Source: Lama glama (Eukaryota). From it: 64,000 nucleotides of DNA. The stretch is taken from positions 68,574,001 through 68,638,000 of the forward strand of contig CM052816.1 in assembly GCA_028534125.1 (NCBI GenBank). The letters are read 5' to 3'. Made by a program: the position numbers and the translations under genes. Shown one piece after another: positions 13,336 to 26,045 of the stretch. Each line of letters begins with the position of its first letter. Within the stretch, counting starts at the first letter, position 1. The notes below the pieces were generated by a model that was given only the letters and a program-made list of their open reading frames with translations, was not told the origin of the DNA and searched no databases.

Positions 13336-14286
13336 ATAATTAGCACAAGAAAAATTCAAGTTAATTTACTTCTGTTCGGAGCATAGAATAAAAAAGTACA
13401 TGTTAAAATGCTGACAAAGAAAGAAAGAAAATTAAGTGTTTGGCTTTGTAGCATGCCAAATAATGGATAGAGAATAAAATTTAGAGCAGAACTTACAGTG
13501 GCTATCACTCTCTCTTTGACTAGTGATGAGTGTGATTGTTGCTCAGCATTTTTCATTAACATTAAGCATTCTTTACAAAGAGCCGATTACTAGCAAAAGT
13601 ACCATTATCAAACTAGAAACACAGTGAGAATGATTTGTATTCTTTCTGCTAACAGAAGAAATTGCCACTTGTAGATCAGTGTTTAGAAAAATATATTTTA
13701 CTCACTTCCCAGTTGTCTGGACTCTTGATTTCTTGAGCTGCTATAAGCTATGATAAAAATCCAGGAGAATTACTCTGGATTGCTAGAATTCAAGATTCTT
13801 AAGCTTACTATAAGCAATAATTGGGTTTTGGCAGTACCATGGCAGTTATTTCAGTGATGTCCGCTTTTTATTCCAAACCCATAGGTTTTATTTATTATTA
13901 GGAGAAACCTCTTCTTTGGCCTTTGTATGAGTACAACAATTACCCTGAATGATATTTCTTATATTATTGTATAAATAAGATCAAATATCATCCAACCCAA
14001 TATTTTCTCTCTGGCAATGAAATCAAAGGATATTTGGTGGGATAACTATAGTTTCCAGTAGAGATTAAGGATATACCTCAAAATTTTCCAACATCCTCCT
14101 ACCATTAATTATTTATAGGTAAAAGATTCCAAATATATCTAAATATAACCCTCTATTTTTTTTTCCAGAAAGGAGAAACTTAGTATTCATGGTAAAAACT
14201 GATGTTGGTAGAGCAAGTGTCAGTCTCAAGGGTAGTCATTTTCTGCTCTTTGTGGTCTACTCTAATCTGATACTTTCCTATTGCAG

Positions 14287-14481
14287 TGATTTGTCCAAGT
14301 GCCAGGAACAGTGACCATCCTGACAATGACTCTATGGTTTTCTACGCCAATGACACGGAAATCCAACAGTTTGAAAAATGGTGGAATAAATCCAAGACAG
14401 TGCCCTTTTACCTTATAGGGCTCCTCCTGCCACTGCTTAATTTCAAATCTCCTTCATTTTTTTCAAAATTTAATATCCTAG
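14287..14481 (+). CDS. SLC38A9: SLC38A9 coding exon (V)[23 protein letters not shown]...FFSKFNIL
   Basis: attgcag|TG ATT ... CTA G|gtaagc; 195 nt; overlaps ORF 14286..14555. Confidence 0.97.
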
Positions 14482-16464
14482 GTAAGCTGAAGCACTGTGT
14501 TATAGAACCTCTATGTAGTAGAATGCGTGCTGGATTCTGTGGAAATATGATCTGACTAGGGAAATAATTACCTTCCAGGCCTGTTCATCTATGTTTAATT
14601 TATTCATTCATATGTTACCTTGCTTTTTGGTTTTCTTTATGGAGTTTGGCACAGAGAAAAATGTAGATGACTATTTCAAGTCCAATCCCTTTCTTACAAT
14701 GAATTGTTGGGATTCCCATTCTTCCCTTACTGAACAATTATTCCTCATTTCCTCTAAGAGTACAACTTAAAAAAAGTAGACTAAGATTCCAGGAAGAGAG
14801 ATCCAAAGTGGATATTTCCAATTCTAAGGGTTGGAAATATTTGAACTTAATAAGGAAGGTTATGGATTATTTTCCCCCACAGTTTGTATTTAAGAGTATA
14901 GCACAGAATTATCACTTGACTTTCAATCTGAGATATCATTCTCTAGGGCAGATTCTTTAGGCTTATTATGCTTTTGCTCTCTTCCTCAGTGCTTTTTCTT
15001 TCTTGGAACACTGTTACCTCCTTAAAGGAACAGACTTCTTTTTGTGAGACCAATTTTTCAGAAATTTCTGAAATCACAGAATAAATTTCAGAAATTGCTG
15101 AATCACTAAAGGAATGTTTTATCTTCTTTTATAACGCTGAACCTTAAGATGACAAAAGGAACCCCCAGCGAAAGCTCAGATCTGGTTAACTAAAGCCTAG
15201 GATATCATTCATAAAGAACTGATAACCCCAAATAGACCTTAGGATTTCCCCTCCTCCCTATAGATCTGATCTGGTAGGCAGCCTAGAGTACAAAATAATT
15301 GGGTTACTCATCACATCAAGGAGACGACTTTTGGGTTTTCAGAAGACCAAAGGAAGAGGTAAGTGTATTTCTCTGTACCTACGTCTCACAACAGAATTCA
15401 CTATAAGACAACCACAGACACACACAGAAAATGAAGAATTGTGATTATATAAGCTTTGGCCTCTTGTTTTCATCCTTTCTGAATCAGCTAACCTCCAAAC
15501 CCACAGTAGAGCTTATAAAGCTCATTTGTGGTTTCCTGATTTGCTTGCCAACTTTCCTATGGAACAGATCTTTAAAAGTTAGCGTATAAACTTACAGAAG
15601 AATTTGCTCAATTGGGCAGAACAATCACTAGACTTCTAACCAGCTTGATTATCCTCTGCCTCCTTGAGGATATTCTGCTTTCCCCTTTTTTCTTGATACT
15701 TTCCCTTTTAAAAGTACTTACAGCTTCTTTAGAGAAATTAGCATCTAATTCCTCTAGAAACCTTCCTGGATTTCTTGACTCTACTCCATAATGACTGGAC
15801 TTAATTCCTTAAATCCTCTAACTTCCAGACTACTAAAAAACTCTGAAATTCTGAGTGCACACTTTATCCTGTGTATAAATAGCTGTGAATGGCATCTGTA
15901 ATCTTCTAGTACCATCTAGCAAATGGTACTACCCAATCAAAACCTCATCTGGGTACTAGATCAGATTGCTCATGGATTATTTGGCTTATTATTGCTTTTC
16001 CCAAGTAAGTTTATGATCCACATTCACTACTTTTCTTTCTGTCCTCTTACACTAAGTGTTGTGACAGACTTTTCCAACTTACTGACTATTTCTAATACTT
16101 CCAATACAAAGAATAAGAGACAGTTTCATGTTGGGTTTTTTCTCTCGTATATAACCTTACCATTTTTAATGGATGTATCCAACATGAAACTTAGCTCATA
16201 AATCAGGCAGTTTTGCATTCAGCAATACATGAGCTACTTTCATCTAGTTCTTCTTAGGCCTACTACGTAAAGTTTTGCTTTGATTTCTGGTAACTCACAT
16301 AGCTTGTTTCTGTTTTTTAGATTTCACTTGGGTTTTAGTGGGCATAGCCAATTAAGGTAATAATTTTCCAAACTTCTCTGAGAATGGAGAAACAAAGCTT
16401 GATTGTAAAATAGTCTGTAAAGCATACAAAGATGATAAATGGTTTCTGAATTTTTTCCTCACAG

Positions 16465-16572
16465 GCACAGTGTCCGTTCTCTATTTGATTTTTCTTGTTA
16501 CCTTGAAGGCTATTCGCTTGGGATTTCATTTGGAGTTTCATTGGTTTATGCCAACAGAATTTTTTGTCGCAG
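16465..16572 (+). CDS. SLC38A9: SLC38A9 coding exon (G)[35 protein letters not shown]
   Basis: ctcacag|GC ACA ... GCA G|gtgagc; 108 nt. Confidence 0.97.
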
Positions 16573-18129
16573 GTGAGCTATTTTGGCCAAATAAAGAATT
16601 AATAAATTACAATAATGCGATCTTAAGTTAACTATTGTTACTATAAAACAAGTAATGGTACTTTTTGTGGTAAGCATTTTTATTAATGCTATTAAGCTAA
16701 AAACAGGAGTACAGTTGAAAATACACTGATTTTTTTGCAGTTAGGGATAACCAGGGCCCTTTGTTATTTCTACTTGAGAGTTGAAGTTCATTGAAGTTAA
16801 CGATGCAGCTGAAAAATCAGGAACTCATTCTCTAGACTTCTGAGAAAACATACCCCTAGAATTTCATAGACTTAGAACATAGTCAGTGATAAATATATGT
16901 GGAGAATATAGCTAATTAACATCATCATTCACCTTGTGGGTTTTTTTTTTAATATTGCTGGTTTTCAGGCTAATTAAGATAGTGATTATTAAGTGTTCCC
17001 TTCCTCCTTTTTTTGCTATAACTTGGCAATATATTAAGTTTCACCTAGATTTAGAGGATTTTGGACATGATAGAAGCACCATGGAGTAATGAATGGATAA
17101 TGCTAAATGAGGAGACAGACTGGAAAATGAAATGACTATTATGCTTGTGTCTTAAAAACTAATAAGGAGAAAGTAATACAAAATTCTGTTGTTGGTTTAG
17201 AGCGACTGCTTTCTTTCCATTTTTCAACTGTTGATTCTAGCAGTCTAGCATCTCAAGTCTCTATTCAGTATCTGATGATACTCTCTAAAGTCTGTAATTA
17301 TAGTTGTCTACACTCCTTTTGTTTTTTTCATTACAACATTCCTGAGTTTTCCAGGTGTGTTAAGTCGGTGATCATTGGAAGTTGTTGTTTATATTACCAT
17401 GATTACTTATTTTCAGATCATCTGGATGTATCAGCTTTGATTTTTTTTTATTTCTATTAGAAGCCCACAAAGACTAAAAAGTCAGTGTAATTCAGAATAA
17501 AGGAAGTACTGGGGCTTGAAAGACATACTTCTTTCCCAGATTGTATTTAAAATTAGACACTGATGAAAATGGCAACTTTAAGCTAGTTCTTCCATTGATT
17601 AATAAAAATAGTCTAGAAAATTATTTTCTAAAAGTAGATCTATACTGATTTATAATGAGTCTTAGTGATAAAAGTTTATGATAATCATAGGACATTAAGA
17701 GATAAATATGAGGGAAAGGGAGAGTATAAATAGTTATTTAGGAGATGGAAAAGAGAACATATTTAAATAGATACCAAGCCATTTATTTCACTTTACTTCA
17801 TTTCTAAATGACATGAGGGGAGAATCATGAGGACTAAAAGGGGTTTGTATAAATATTTATGGTCCTGAAATTAATTACTTTATTGTGATTGAAGACTTTC
17901 TCAAGAATGAAAATGTGTCATAAATCTTTTTCAGTAAAGGCTAATTAAAAATCAGCGAATTTTGGAGGGTGTGAATCCTTATAATCCTGATGAAAAATTC
18001 TCATAAAACTTGCAGTTCTAATTGTATCTTTATGCATTCTTGTTTCTAAAAATTTATTTTTCAGTTCAGTAGATCCCATCACCATTCCTCCCAGGTAATT
18101 GGAAAAATAATGAGAAAAATATCTACTCA

Positions 18130-19950
18130 TGTATTTCACTTTATCTTTTCCTGCCTACTCAAGGACTTTACTTTTGCAATTATCCTTTCTTTATCCTTAA
18201 TCATGTATGATCAGATTTTTCCTACTGAATTATTTCTACCAGTATACAAACCTATCTCCTAATCTAAAAACAAAAAACTCATATGATCCTTGTGTTCCCC
18301 TCTAGCTTTTGCTTCCTTTTAAAGAAAAACTGTCCGAGAGAGTTGTCTGTGTTCGCTGTCTCCACTTCCTCCATTTTGTCTTGAACTCACTTCTGTTAGG
18401 CTTTTGCCCTAATCACTCCACTGGTGGCCAGTTACTCCATCTTGCTAAATTCAATGACCAAATCTCATGCCTCTTCTTACTCAACCTATCAGCAGCATGG
18501 AGCACATTTGGTCACTCCTTCCATCTTAAAACAGTTTTTACTTAACTTCTAAAACCCCATTCTCTCTTGATTCTTCTACGTAACTGTTCCTTCTCTTACT
18601 TCTGACCAGTAAATGATAGAGTCATCTGGGGTTTACTCAGACCACTCTCTACCTTTATCCCCTAAATAATGTCACTTATATATTGTCTATATGGTGACTA
18701 GTCCCAATTTTTTATCTCTAGCCCAGATCTTGCCACTGAACTCCATACTCATATATCTCATTGCTCCTTCTACATCTCCACTTGGATGTCCACCGGGTAT
18801 CTCAAACTTAAATTTACAAAAATCAAATACTTGTTTTCTTCCACATTCACCTCCATCCCATCAACCAGCTTAACCTATTCTTCTCCCAGGCTTCTCTATC
18901 TCAGAAAATGGTAGTTCCAATTTACCACTTGCTCAGGCCAAACACTTTGGAGTCATATTTGATTGTTCTTTTTTTTTTTTTTCACCTCGTGTATCTGCAA
19001 AGCATGGTGGCTGTACTTTCAAAATGAATTGACAGACTACTTCTTACCATTTCCACCAAAAAGCACTATGTCGAGCTCCTAATCTCACCTGGATTATTGT
19101 GGTAGCTCCATAACTAATCTCACTGTGTCCACTTTGTCTCCCCATCCATGTTCTGTTCTACACCTAACAGATGGAGTGATGTTTTTAAAACATAACCTTT
19201 AAAAGACTCTAATGGTCCCATCTCATTTGGAATTAAGGCAAGTCTTTATCATAGTTTTCAGGCCCTGTATGATCTGATTCCTGGCTTCCTCTCTGATTTC
19301 ATCCCCTATTACTTTCCCATTTATTCAGTCTACTCCAGCCACATTGTCTTCCTTGCTGTTCCAGAAAAAAGCCAAGCACACTCATATCTCAGAATCTTTG
19401 CACTTAGTATTTTCTGTGGAGGAAATGTCATTGTCTTCTTCTCAGTTATCTACGTGGTTGGTATTGTTAGAGAGGTCTTCCCTGACTTCCTTCCTTCCTC
19501 ACCCCTTCTTCTTGTGCCTTATTTTCTTTAGAGCTCTCATCACTACCATATCTCATGTGCAAGTATCCCTCTAAACCTATTAAGTTCCTGCTTCTGACAA
19601 TGAATTCAAATATTGAGGCATATCTATTATTATAATCCACTTGGTTCCTGAATTTCAGACAGAAAGTAGCACAAGTTAAGATGACAAAGGATTTATCTAA
19701 AAATGTTTCTGAATCTATTTTGGTTCTTGAATTCAGATAGTGAAAGTTTAGATGGTAAGGAACACCTGTATCTTTTTGTTTGTTTGTTTTAACCTATGTG
19801 TCTGTCTCCCTTAACTAGAATGTTAGCATTCTGAGAAAATAAATCTTTGTTTTTGTTTTTTTATACTTTTCTATTACTGTTTATCCCCAAGACCTATAAA
19901 ACTTCTGGCATATAGTGAGTGCTCAATAAATAACCATTAAATGAATAAAT
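18130..19950. mobile_element. L2 (L2a-like) LINE fragments
   Basis: Pyrimidine-rich L2 ORF2/3' sequence (cttggatgtccaccgggtatctcaaactta; caggccaaacactttggagtc) ending in ctggcatatagtgagtgctcaataaata...aatgaataaatg. Confidence 0.75.
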
Positions 19951-19959
19951 GCTTATATC

Positions 19960-21990
19960 TCCTCCCTCCTAAATCCCATTAAACCAAGAATATAGAAAGA
20001 AATGTAAAAAAAAACACAAAGAATCTATAGAAGAGACAGTGGCAAAGAGACAGCAGCAGATTTTTAGAAGCTAGAAAACTGATACATGGTTGGTAACTGA
20101 CAGCAAAGCAGAGAAAGCTGAAATATAAGTTTCTGTAGAGAGGTCAGTTTGAACTACACAATCCTTGAAAACCCCAGCATTTGGAGACATTTGGGTAACT
20201 CGGAAAGCAAGGGTAAGGAGAAAGGCTTAAAATGGGAGAATTCCTTGAAAGTTTACATCAGGAATAATTAGATATAAGCCGTCCCCTTTTCCTCTTCAAC
20301 CTACTGAGACATAGAAGAAACTAAATCAGACAGGCTCTGGACTTGGGTTTGCCAAGCACAACAAAAGGGTAGGAATAAACTCTAGTCTGAAAATGGGTTA
20401 AGTGGAAGCATATATGCTGAATGATGAGACCATACGCCCACCCTATGCCCCTCCAATTCTCTTTTCTTTACTCCTTGGCTCCTGGAGTGCTGACAGCATA
20501 GGGTAATAGAGGATTCTCCTCAGGAGAAACTGATAAGCCCAAGAGGAAAGACCCAAAGTCTCGGATATTTGGATTCTACCAAAGAAATGGCAGGTACCTT
20601 GCTTGTATCCAACCATTTTGATGTCTACTAAATATGCATTGTTTTAGTACTTCACTTTTAAATATAAACAGACAAAGATCACTTGTGGATATTTGTGGAA
20701 AGCCTCTTATATAAAAATAAAACAAGAGAGATTAAAAAGGAACTTAAAGGGAAAAGAATAAGAGGGAACAAAAGCAAAATTCTAGACATTACATCCTCAG
20801 AGTGACAAAAGGTAGTGATATATCCATGAAATGATATTTGGATGCAAAGAAAGAAAGGAAAGAAGGGGAGAGTTTGGTCTAGGATGTAATGTAATAGAAA
20901 TTAGGAATTCAAAGAAAATTTGGAAGATAAAGCTAACTTCCCAAAAAGTAGAGTTGAAATTATGGATGGATGGATGGATGGATGGTTGGAAAGAAGAAAG
21001 AGAAGGAGGGAGGGAGGAAGAGAAGATGGGAAGGAGGTAGGAAAAATAGGAAAGATAAGAAAATTAAAGAATTAATCCAGGTGGTCCAATATTCAGCTGA
21101 AAATAGTTCCATAAAGAAGAAAATGAAGGTGAGGAAATTATCAAATTTCCCCAGAACTGAAGAACATATATTTCTAGATATAAGGACCCAAAGTGCCCAG
21201 GCATGAATGAGTCCCACACCAAAATATATCATCATAAAATGTTAGAACACCAGGGAAAAAGAAAAGAGCTTTCTGGGGGAAGGACAGATCTGTACAAAAA
21301 GTCTGGCATCAGAATAGTATCAGACTTTTTAACAACTCTGAAAACTAGAAGACAATAGAAGTGTCATCGAAGGTCTCAGAATAAGTTACTTTAACCTAAA
21401 ACTCTTAATCCCACCATACTCTCATTCAAGTGTTAGAGTACAATAAAGAAACTTTCAGAAAGTAAAGTCTCACAAAATTTTACCTTCCATGCACTCTTTC
21501 TCAGGAAAAAACTACAAAATGCCTCCACCAAAAAGAAGCAGTAAATCAAGAAATTCCCAGAATAATGGTGAAGGGAAATCCTAGGATACAGCTGTACAGC
21601 AGGCCTAGCAAGCAACCAGCCCAGACAACAGCAGGTAGACAGATGGCCCCAGGAGGCATTTCCTCCAAGAAAAAAATTAAATGAAAAAGATTATTTGATA
21701 TGTTGTATGGATGAAATTTTTTCCATTCTTTTGGAGAGTTTGGGAAGAATTAGTGTTAACTGGAAAATTAGGCAGCCAAAAAGGAAAAAGTCAGTTATTA
21801 CCTCCAATAAAGCAGGTCAACAAAAGTGTATTTATATAAGAAAGAAAGATGTAATAATATATTCTGTGGCTTAATGATGAATAATACATAATAATCATAA
21901 AAAATAAAACATTGAATATTGATTCTGAAAAATCAAAATTATGGTTGTATTGGGATTGGAGATGGGAAACTTAGGGGTGGTAGTGATATA
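19960..21990 (+). mobile_element. Old L1 (L1ME/HAL1-like) 5'/ORF1 region
   Basis: Purine-rich decayed ORF1-like sequence (gcatcagaatagtatcagactttt...ctgaaaactagaagacaat; cacaaaatttaccttccatgcactctttctcaggaa). Confidence 0.55.
20963..21060. repeat. (GGAT)n plus GA-rich low-complexity tract
   Basis: atggatggatggatggatggatgg followed by a polypurine run. Confidence 0.9.
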
Positions 21991-22049
21991 AAAGTTTCTG
22001 CAACCAGAAAAAAATAATTTTCTAACCACATACACTTTAAATAGTTTTG

Positions 22050-22144
22050 GGGGGAAGAGTATATCTCAGTCCTGGGTTCAATCCCCAGTACCTCCACTAA
22101 AAAATAAATAAACTTAATTACCTACCCTCACTCAAAAAAAAAGC
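22050..22144 (+). mobile_element. Vic-1-like tRNA-derived SINE, internally deleted
   Basis: gggggaagagtatatctcagt|cctgggttcaatccccagtacctcc...aaacttaattacct...A-tail; TSD TTAAATAGTTTTG (22037-22049, 22145-22157). Confidence 0.85.
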
Positions 22145-22269
22145 TTAAATAGTTTTGTTATTCGCTTTTCATTAAGAATAAACTACATTTTACCCCTCAC
22201 TCAGTACTTTATAATGCCTCCAAATGTAATGGAATTTCTCTTGTTTTACTTTTTATGTATATGCCCCAC

Positions 22270-23210
22270 ATTTTTTTTGTTTTTGCTTTTGAACTTTTTA
22301 TTGAAGTAAAATGTGCATATACAAAAATGCACAACTCATAAGTGTATAGCTTGATTAATTTTCACAAACTGAACACACTAGATACCCAGCACCCAGATCA
22401 AAAACAGAAATTATTAGCACTCCAGCAATCCCTCTCATTCTCACTACCAGTCGCTATGCTGTCTCCCTGCAAAGATAACCACTGTTCTAAATTCAAATGC
22501 CAAAAGTTAATTTTGTCTGTTTTTTGACTGAATATAAATGGAATATACAGTATGTATTCTTTTGTGTCTGGTTTCTTCAATCACCATTATATTGTGATAT
22601 TGAGCCATATTTTTGTGTGTATTCATAGTTTATTCATTCTCATTGGCATTTCATTGTATAACTATACCACAGTTTGTCTTTTACTGTTAAGGGACATTGA
22701 AATAGTCTCTAGTTTTTGACTGTTATGTTTAGTGTGGCACTCTTCATTCTCATATGTATCTTTTGGTGAACATATGGCTGCTTTCTCTTGAGTATAAACC
22801 TAGGAGTGGAATTGGAATTGCTAGGTCAAAGGGTATGCATGTATTCTGCTTTAGTAGGTACTGCCAAACAGCTCTCCAGAATGGTTGTACCAATTTTCTT
22901 TCCCACCAGCAGTGTTTGAAAGTTCTAATTGCTCCATGTCTTCATCAACACTTCTATTTTCCATCTGTTTCATCTAGCTTTCCTGGTGGGTATGTAGTGG
23001 TATGTAGTTTTAACTTGCATTTCCAAGATGGCTAATAAAGTTAACACCTTTTTATATGTGAATTTGCAGTTTGAATTTCCTCTTTTGTCAAGTGCCTCTT
23101 CAAGTCTTTTGCCCACTTTTATGTCTGTTTTATTCTTATTGATTTATAGGAGTTGTTTATACATTCTATGCATGTCCTTTGTCAGATTAATGTATTCAAT
23201 TATTTTCTCC
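22270..23210 (-). mobile_element. Old L1 3' fragment (L1MC/ME-type)
   Basis: tttttattgaagtaaaatgtgcatatacaaaaatgcac...ggaattgctaggtcaaagggtatgc...tttcccaccagcagtgt. Confidence 0.75.
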
Positions 23211-23354
23211 CTCTCTTCTTCCTTCCTTCCTTAATAAAATAAGCAGTCTGAGAATGATTGAAGGTTTGGGGTTTCTTTAAAACCACTTTGTGAAGGAATC
23301 CATCTTCTTTAATTTACTACACATTGATTATGATGTAAATGGGTTCTTTAAAAG

Positions 23355-23620
23355 GCATATTTTCCACACAAAAACTTGTACGTGAATGTTCTTAGCAGCA
23401 ATATTCATAATAGCCAAAAAGTGGAAACAGTACAAATACCCATCACTGATGAATAGATATGTGTGGTATAGCCATACAATGGAAAATCATTTGGCAATAG
23501 AAAGGAGTAAAGTATTGTGATGGTTGCACAACTCTGTGAATATACTAAAAATTCTTTAATTGTGCACTTTAAATGGGTGAAATTATGTGAATTATATCCT
23601 AATAAAGCTATTAAAAATAA
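23355..23620 (+). mobile_element. L1 3' fragment (L1MB-like)
   Basis: ccacacaaaaacttgtacgtgaatgttc...gccaaaaagtggaaaca...gcactttaaatgggtgaa...aataaagct. Confidence 0.75.
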
Positions 23621-24755
23621 TCTTAGGTTTTCAAGAAACTCACTGAAAAAGACAGTTTTTGTTGGTTAATGGGAAAAAGCTGGGTGTTTAATTTGACAAG
23701 TTAGAAACAACAGTGGTTTCAACTGCCTTAATTAGAAAATAATCAACTAACAAGTTGCTTCAGGAGGCATTGGAGAGGTAATAGATGTTGATTGCTCTAA
23801 AAGACAGGAGAGATCAGCTAAATTGAAGAGAGCTTATTGAAAACTAATAAATCTTAGCAAAAAGCAAAATCATTTAAACAGTTTAAAATAGAATGTTGAC
23901 CACTTCTGGGTCTGAGAGTCCTTTATTCTGAAAATAAATGAATGCCTTTGATTATGTGTCATACATTGTCCAAAAAGACATGGCCTGCTGCCTCCTGGGA
24001 GCTTACAGTTGAGCAGTCAGACCACATTGGGAATTAATGATCGTAGTACAAAGATGCAAGAGACATAGTATAGTAGTATAGAGAAATTACATGTAAATTA
24101 GGAATCAAGAGGAGGATTCTAAATAGGGAATGTTTTAAGACCAAAAGGAGTTATTTAAATGAAGGATTGGAGGAAGGGGCTTATACCAAGTCAAGGAGTC
24201 AACCTGTTTAAGTAACAATTAAGGTCTGAGAATGCATGAACCCATTTAGGAAATTACAGTTTGGATGGCTGAAGTGAAAGAGTACTTGTTGGGGAAGTAA
24301 TAAGAGATAAGGATAAAGCGGCAAAGGCCAGATCATGAAGAGCATTCTATTCCAAGCTAAAAATAACTCTAGTTGGCTATAAGACTCTCCTTCCCTTTAT
24401 TTGGGGTTGGATGAACTAAGAGATAGGCTTCTATGTCTTTAGGTCAGTAGGGTAATGGAAGAATAGTCCTATAATTCCCTGCCTAAAAATAGAATTCATA
24501 ATGTAGCTGCTGTAGTCAAATACCAAAACAAACAAGCCCCAAAAAGTTAAGCTGAGGTCAGAGGCGCTATAGCCTCATTATTCGCTCTCTGAATCAACAG
24601 GATATGTAGAAAAGCAATGATGGTGAAAACACTGACATAACCATGGGATAAAGCCAAAGTATTGCTGAGATGATCATTCAGCTGGGAGATGACTGATCCT
24701 GTGCTCAGATACCATCTCACTGCCTGCTATCTTAAACCACTTCCAATACCAACTC

Positions 24756-25120
24756 TGTCAGTTCAAGTTCTCCAGTAAGCAGACATCAAAATGGAGTTAG
24801 ATGTGCAAGAGATTAATTGATGGAGCACTTATTAAAAGGAGAGTGCGAGCAGGAGTCAGTTGCTACATCAGACCACATTGTAGCTCAGATCTGGAAGGAG
24901 AGAAGGAGGGAAGGACAATTGGGTAGGAACAGATTCAGAATGTCATAGCCAACCCAATGTGAGCTCTGTCAAAGACTGCCTGCAGAGGAGGCCAGGGTTG
25001 GGCAAAAGTGATCAGGCCCTAGTACCCTGCTTTGCTCGGTCATTGGCTAGCGGCTGCCCAGCAAGCGTGTGACTTCTGCTTGATTAAATCTGCAGATCCC
25101 AAAGAGGCTGCAGCTGAAGG
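24756..25120 (-). mobile_element. ERVL LTR16-like LTR remnant
   Basis: tgtcagttcaagttctccagtaagcagacatc...agatgtgcaagagattaattga resembles the reverse of an LTR16-family 3' end. Confidence 0.45.
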
Positions 25121-26045
25121 TTATTCTCATGGCTGAATACTATTTCATTGTATATATTTTACCACATCTTAATTGATTCATTTGTTGATGGACTTAGGTT
25201 TTTTCTAAATCTTGGCTATTAACAAATAATGCTGCATTGACCATAGTGCAGATATCTCTTCAAAATAACTGTTTTCATTTCCTTTGGATGTATACCGAGA
25301 AGTAGGGTTGCTGGATCATATGGTAGTTTTATTTAAAGATTTTTGAGCAACCATCATACCATTCTCCATAGTGGCTGCACCAATTTACATTCCTACCAAC
25401 AATGCACGGGTTCCCTTTTCTCCATATCCTGACGAATACTTGTTATATCTTGTCTTTTTGATGATTGCCATTCTAACAGGTGTGAGGCAATATATCATTG
25501 TGTTTTTGATTTGCCTTCCCCTGATGATTAATGATGTTGAGCACTTTTACATGTACCTTTTGGCTGCTTGTATGTCTTCTCTGGAAAATAATCTGTACAC
25601 ATACCTCATTTTATTGTGCTTTGATTTGTACTTCCCAGGTATTGTTTTTTTTTTTTTTACAGATTGAAGGTTTGTGGCAACCCTGCATTAAAAAAGTCTC
25701 TAGGCATCATTTTTCCAACAGCATTTGTTCACTTCATGTCTCTGTGTCACATTTTGGTAATTCTCACAATTTTCAAACCTTATTGTTACTATATTTGTTA
25801 TGTTTTTATGTGTGTCTTTAAAGCTGAAGCAAGTCTCTTATAGGTAGCATCTAGTTGGGTCTTGTTTATTTTATCCATTTAGCTACTCTTTGTCTTTTGA
25901 TTGGAGAATTTAGTCCATTTACACTTAAAGTAATTACTGATATGTCTGAACTTACTATTGCCTTTTAGTTGATTTCTGGTTTTTTTGTAATCCCTTTGTT
26001 GCTTTCTTCCTTTCTTGCTCACTTCCTTTGTGATTTGATGACTTT
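25120..26045 (-). mobile_element. L1 fragments interrupted by Tigger1
   Basis: Antisense L1 ORF2 C-terminal sequence 25120-25595 and EN-region sequence 25804-26045. Confidence 0.7.
25598..25803 (+). mobile_element. Tigger1 (TcMar) 5' fragment
   Basis: TA then cacatacctcattttattgtgc...gaaggtttgtggcaaccctgc...catttttccaacagca...tctctgtgtcacattttggtaattctc. Confidence 0.85.
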
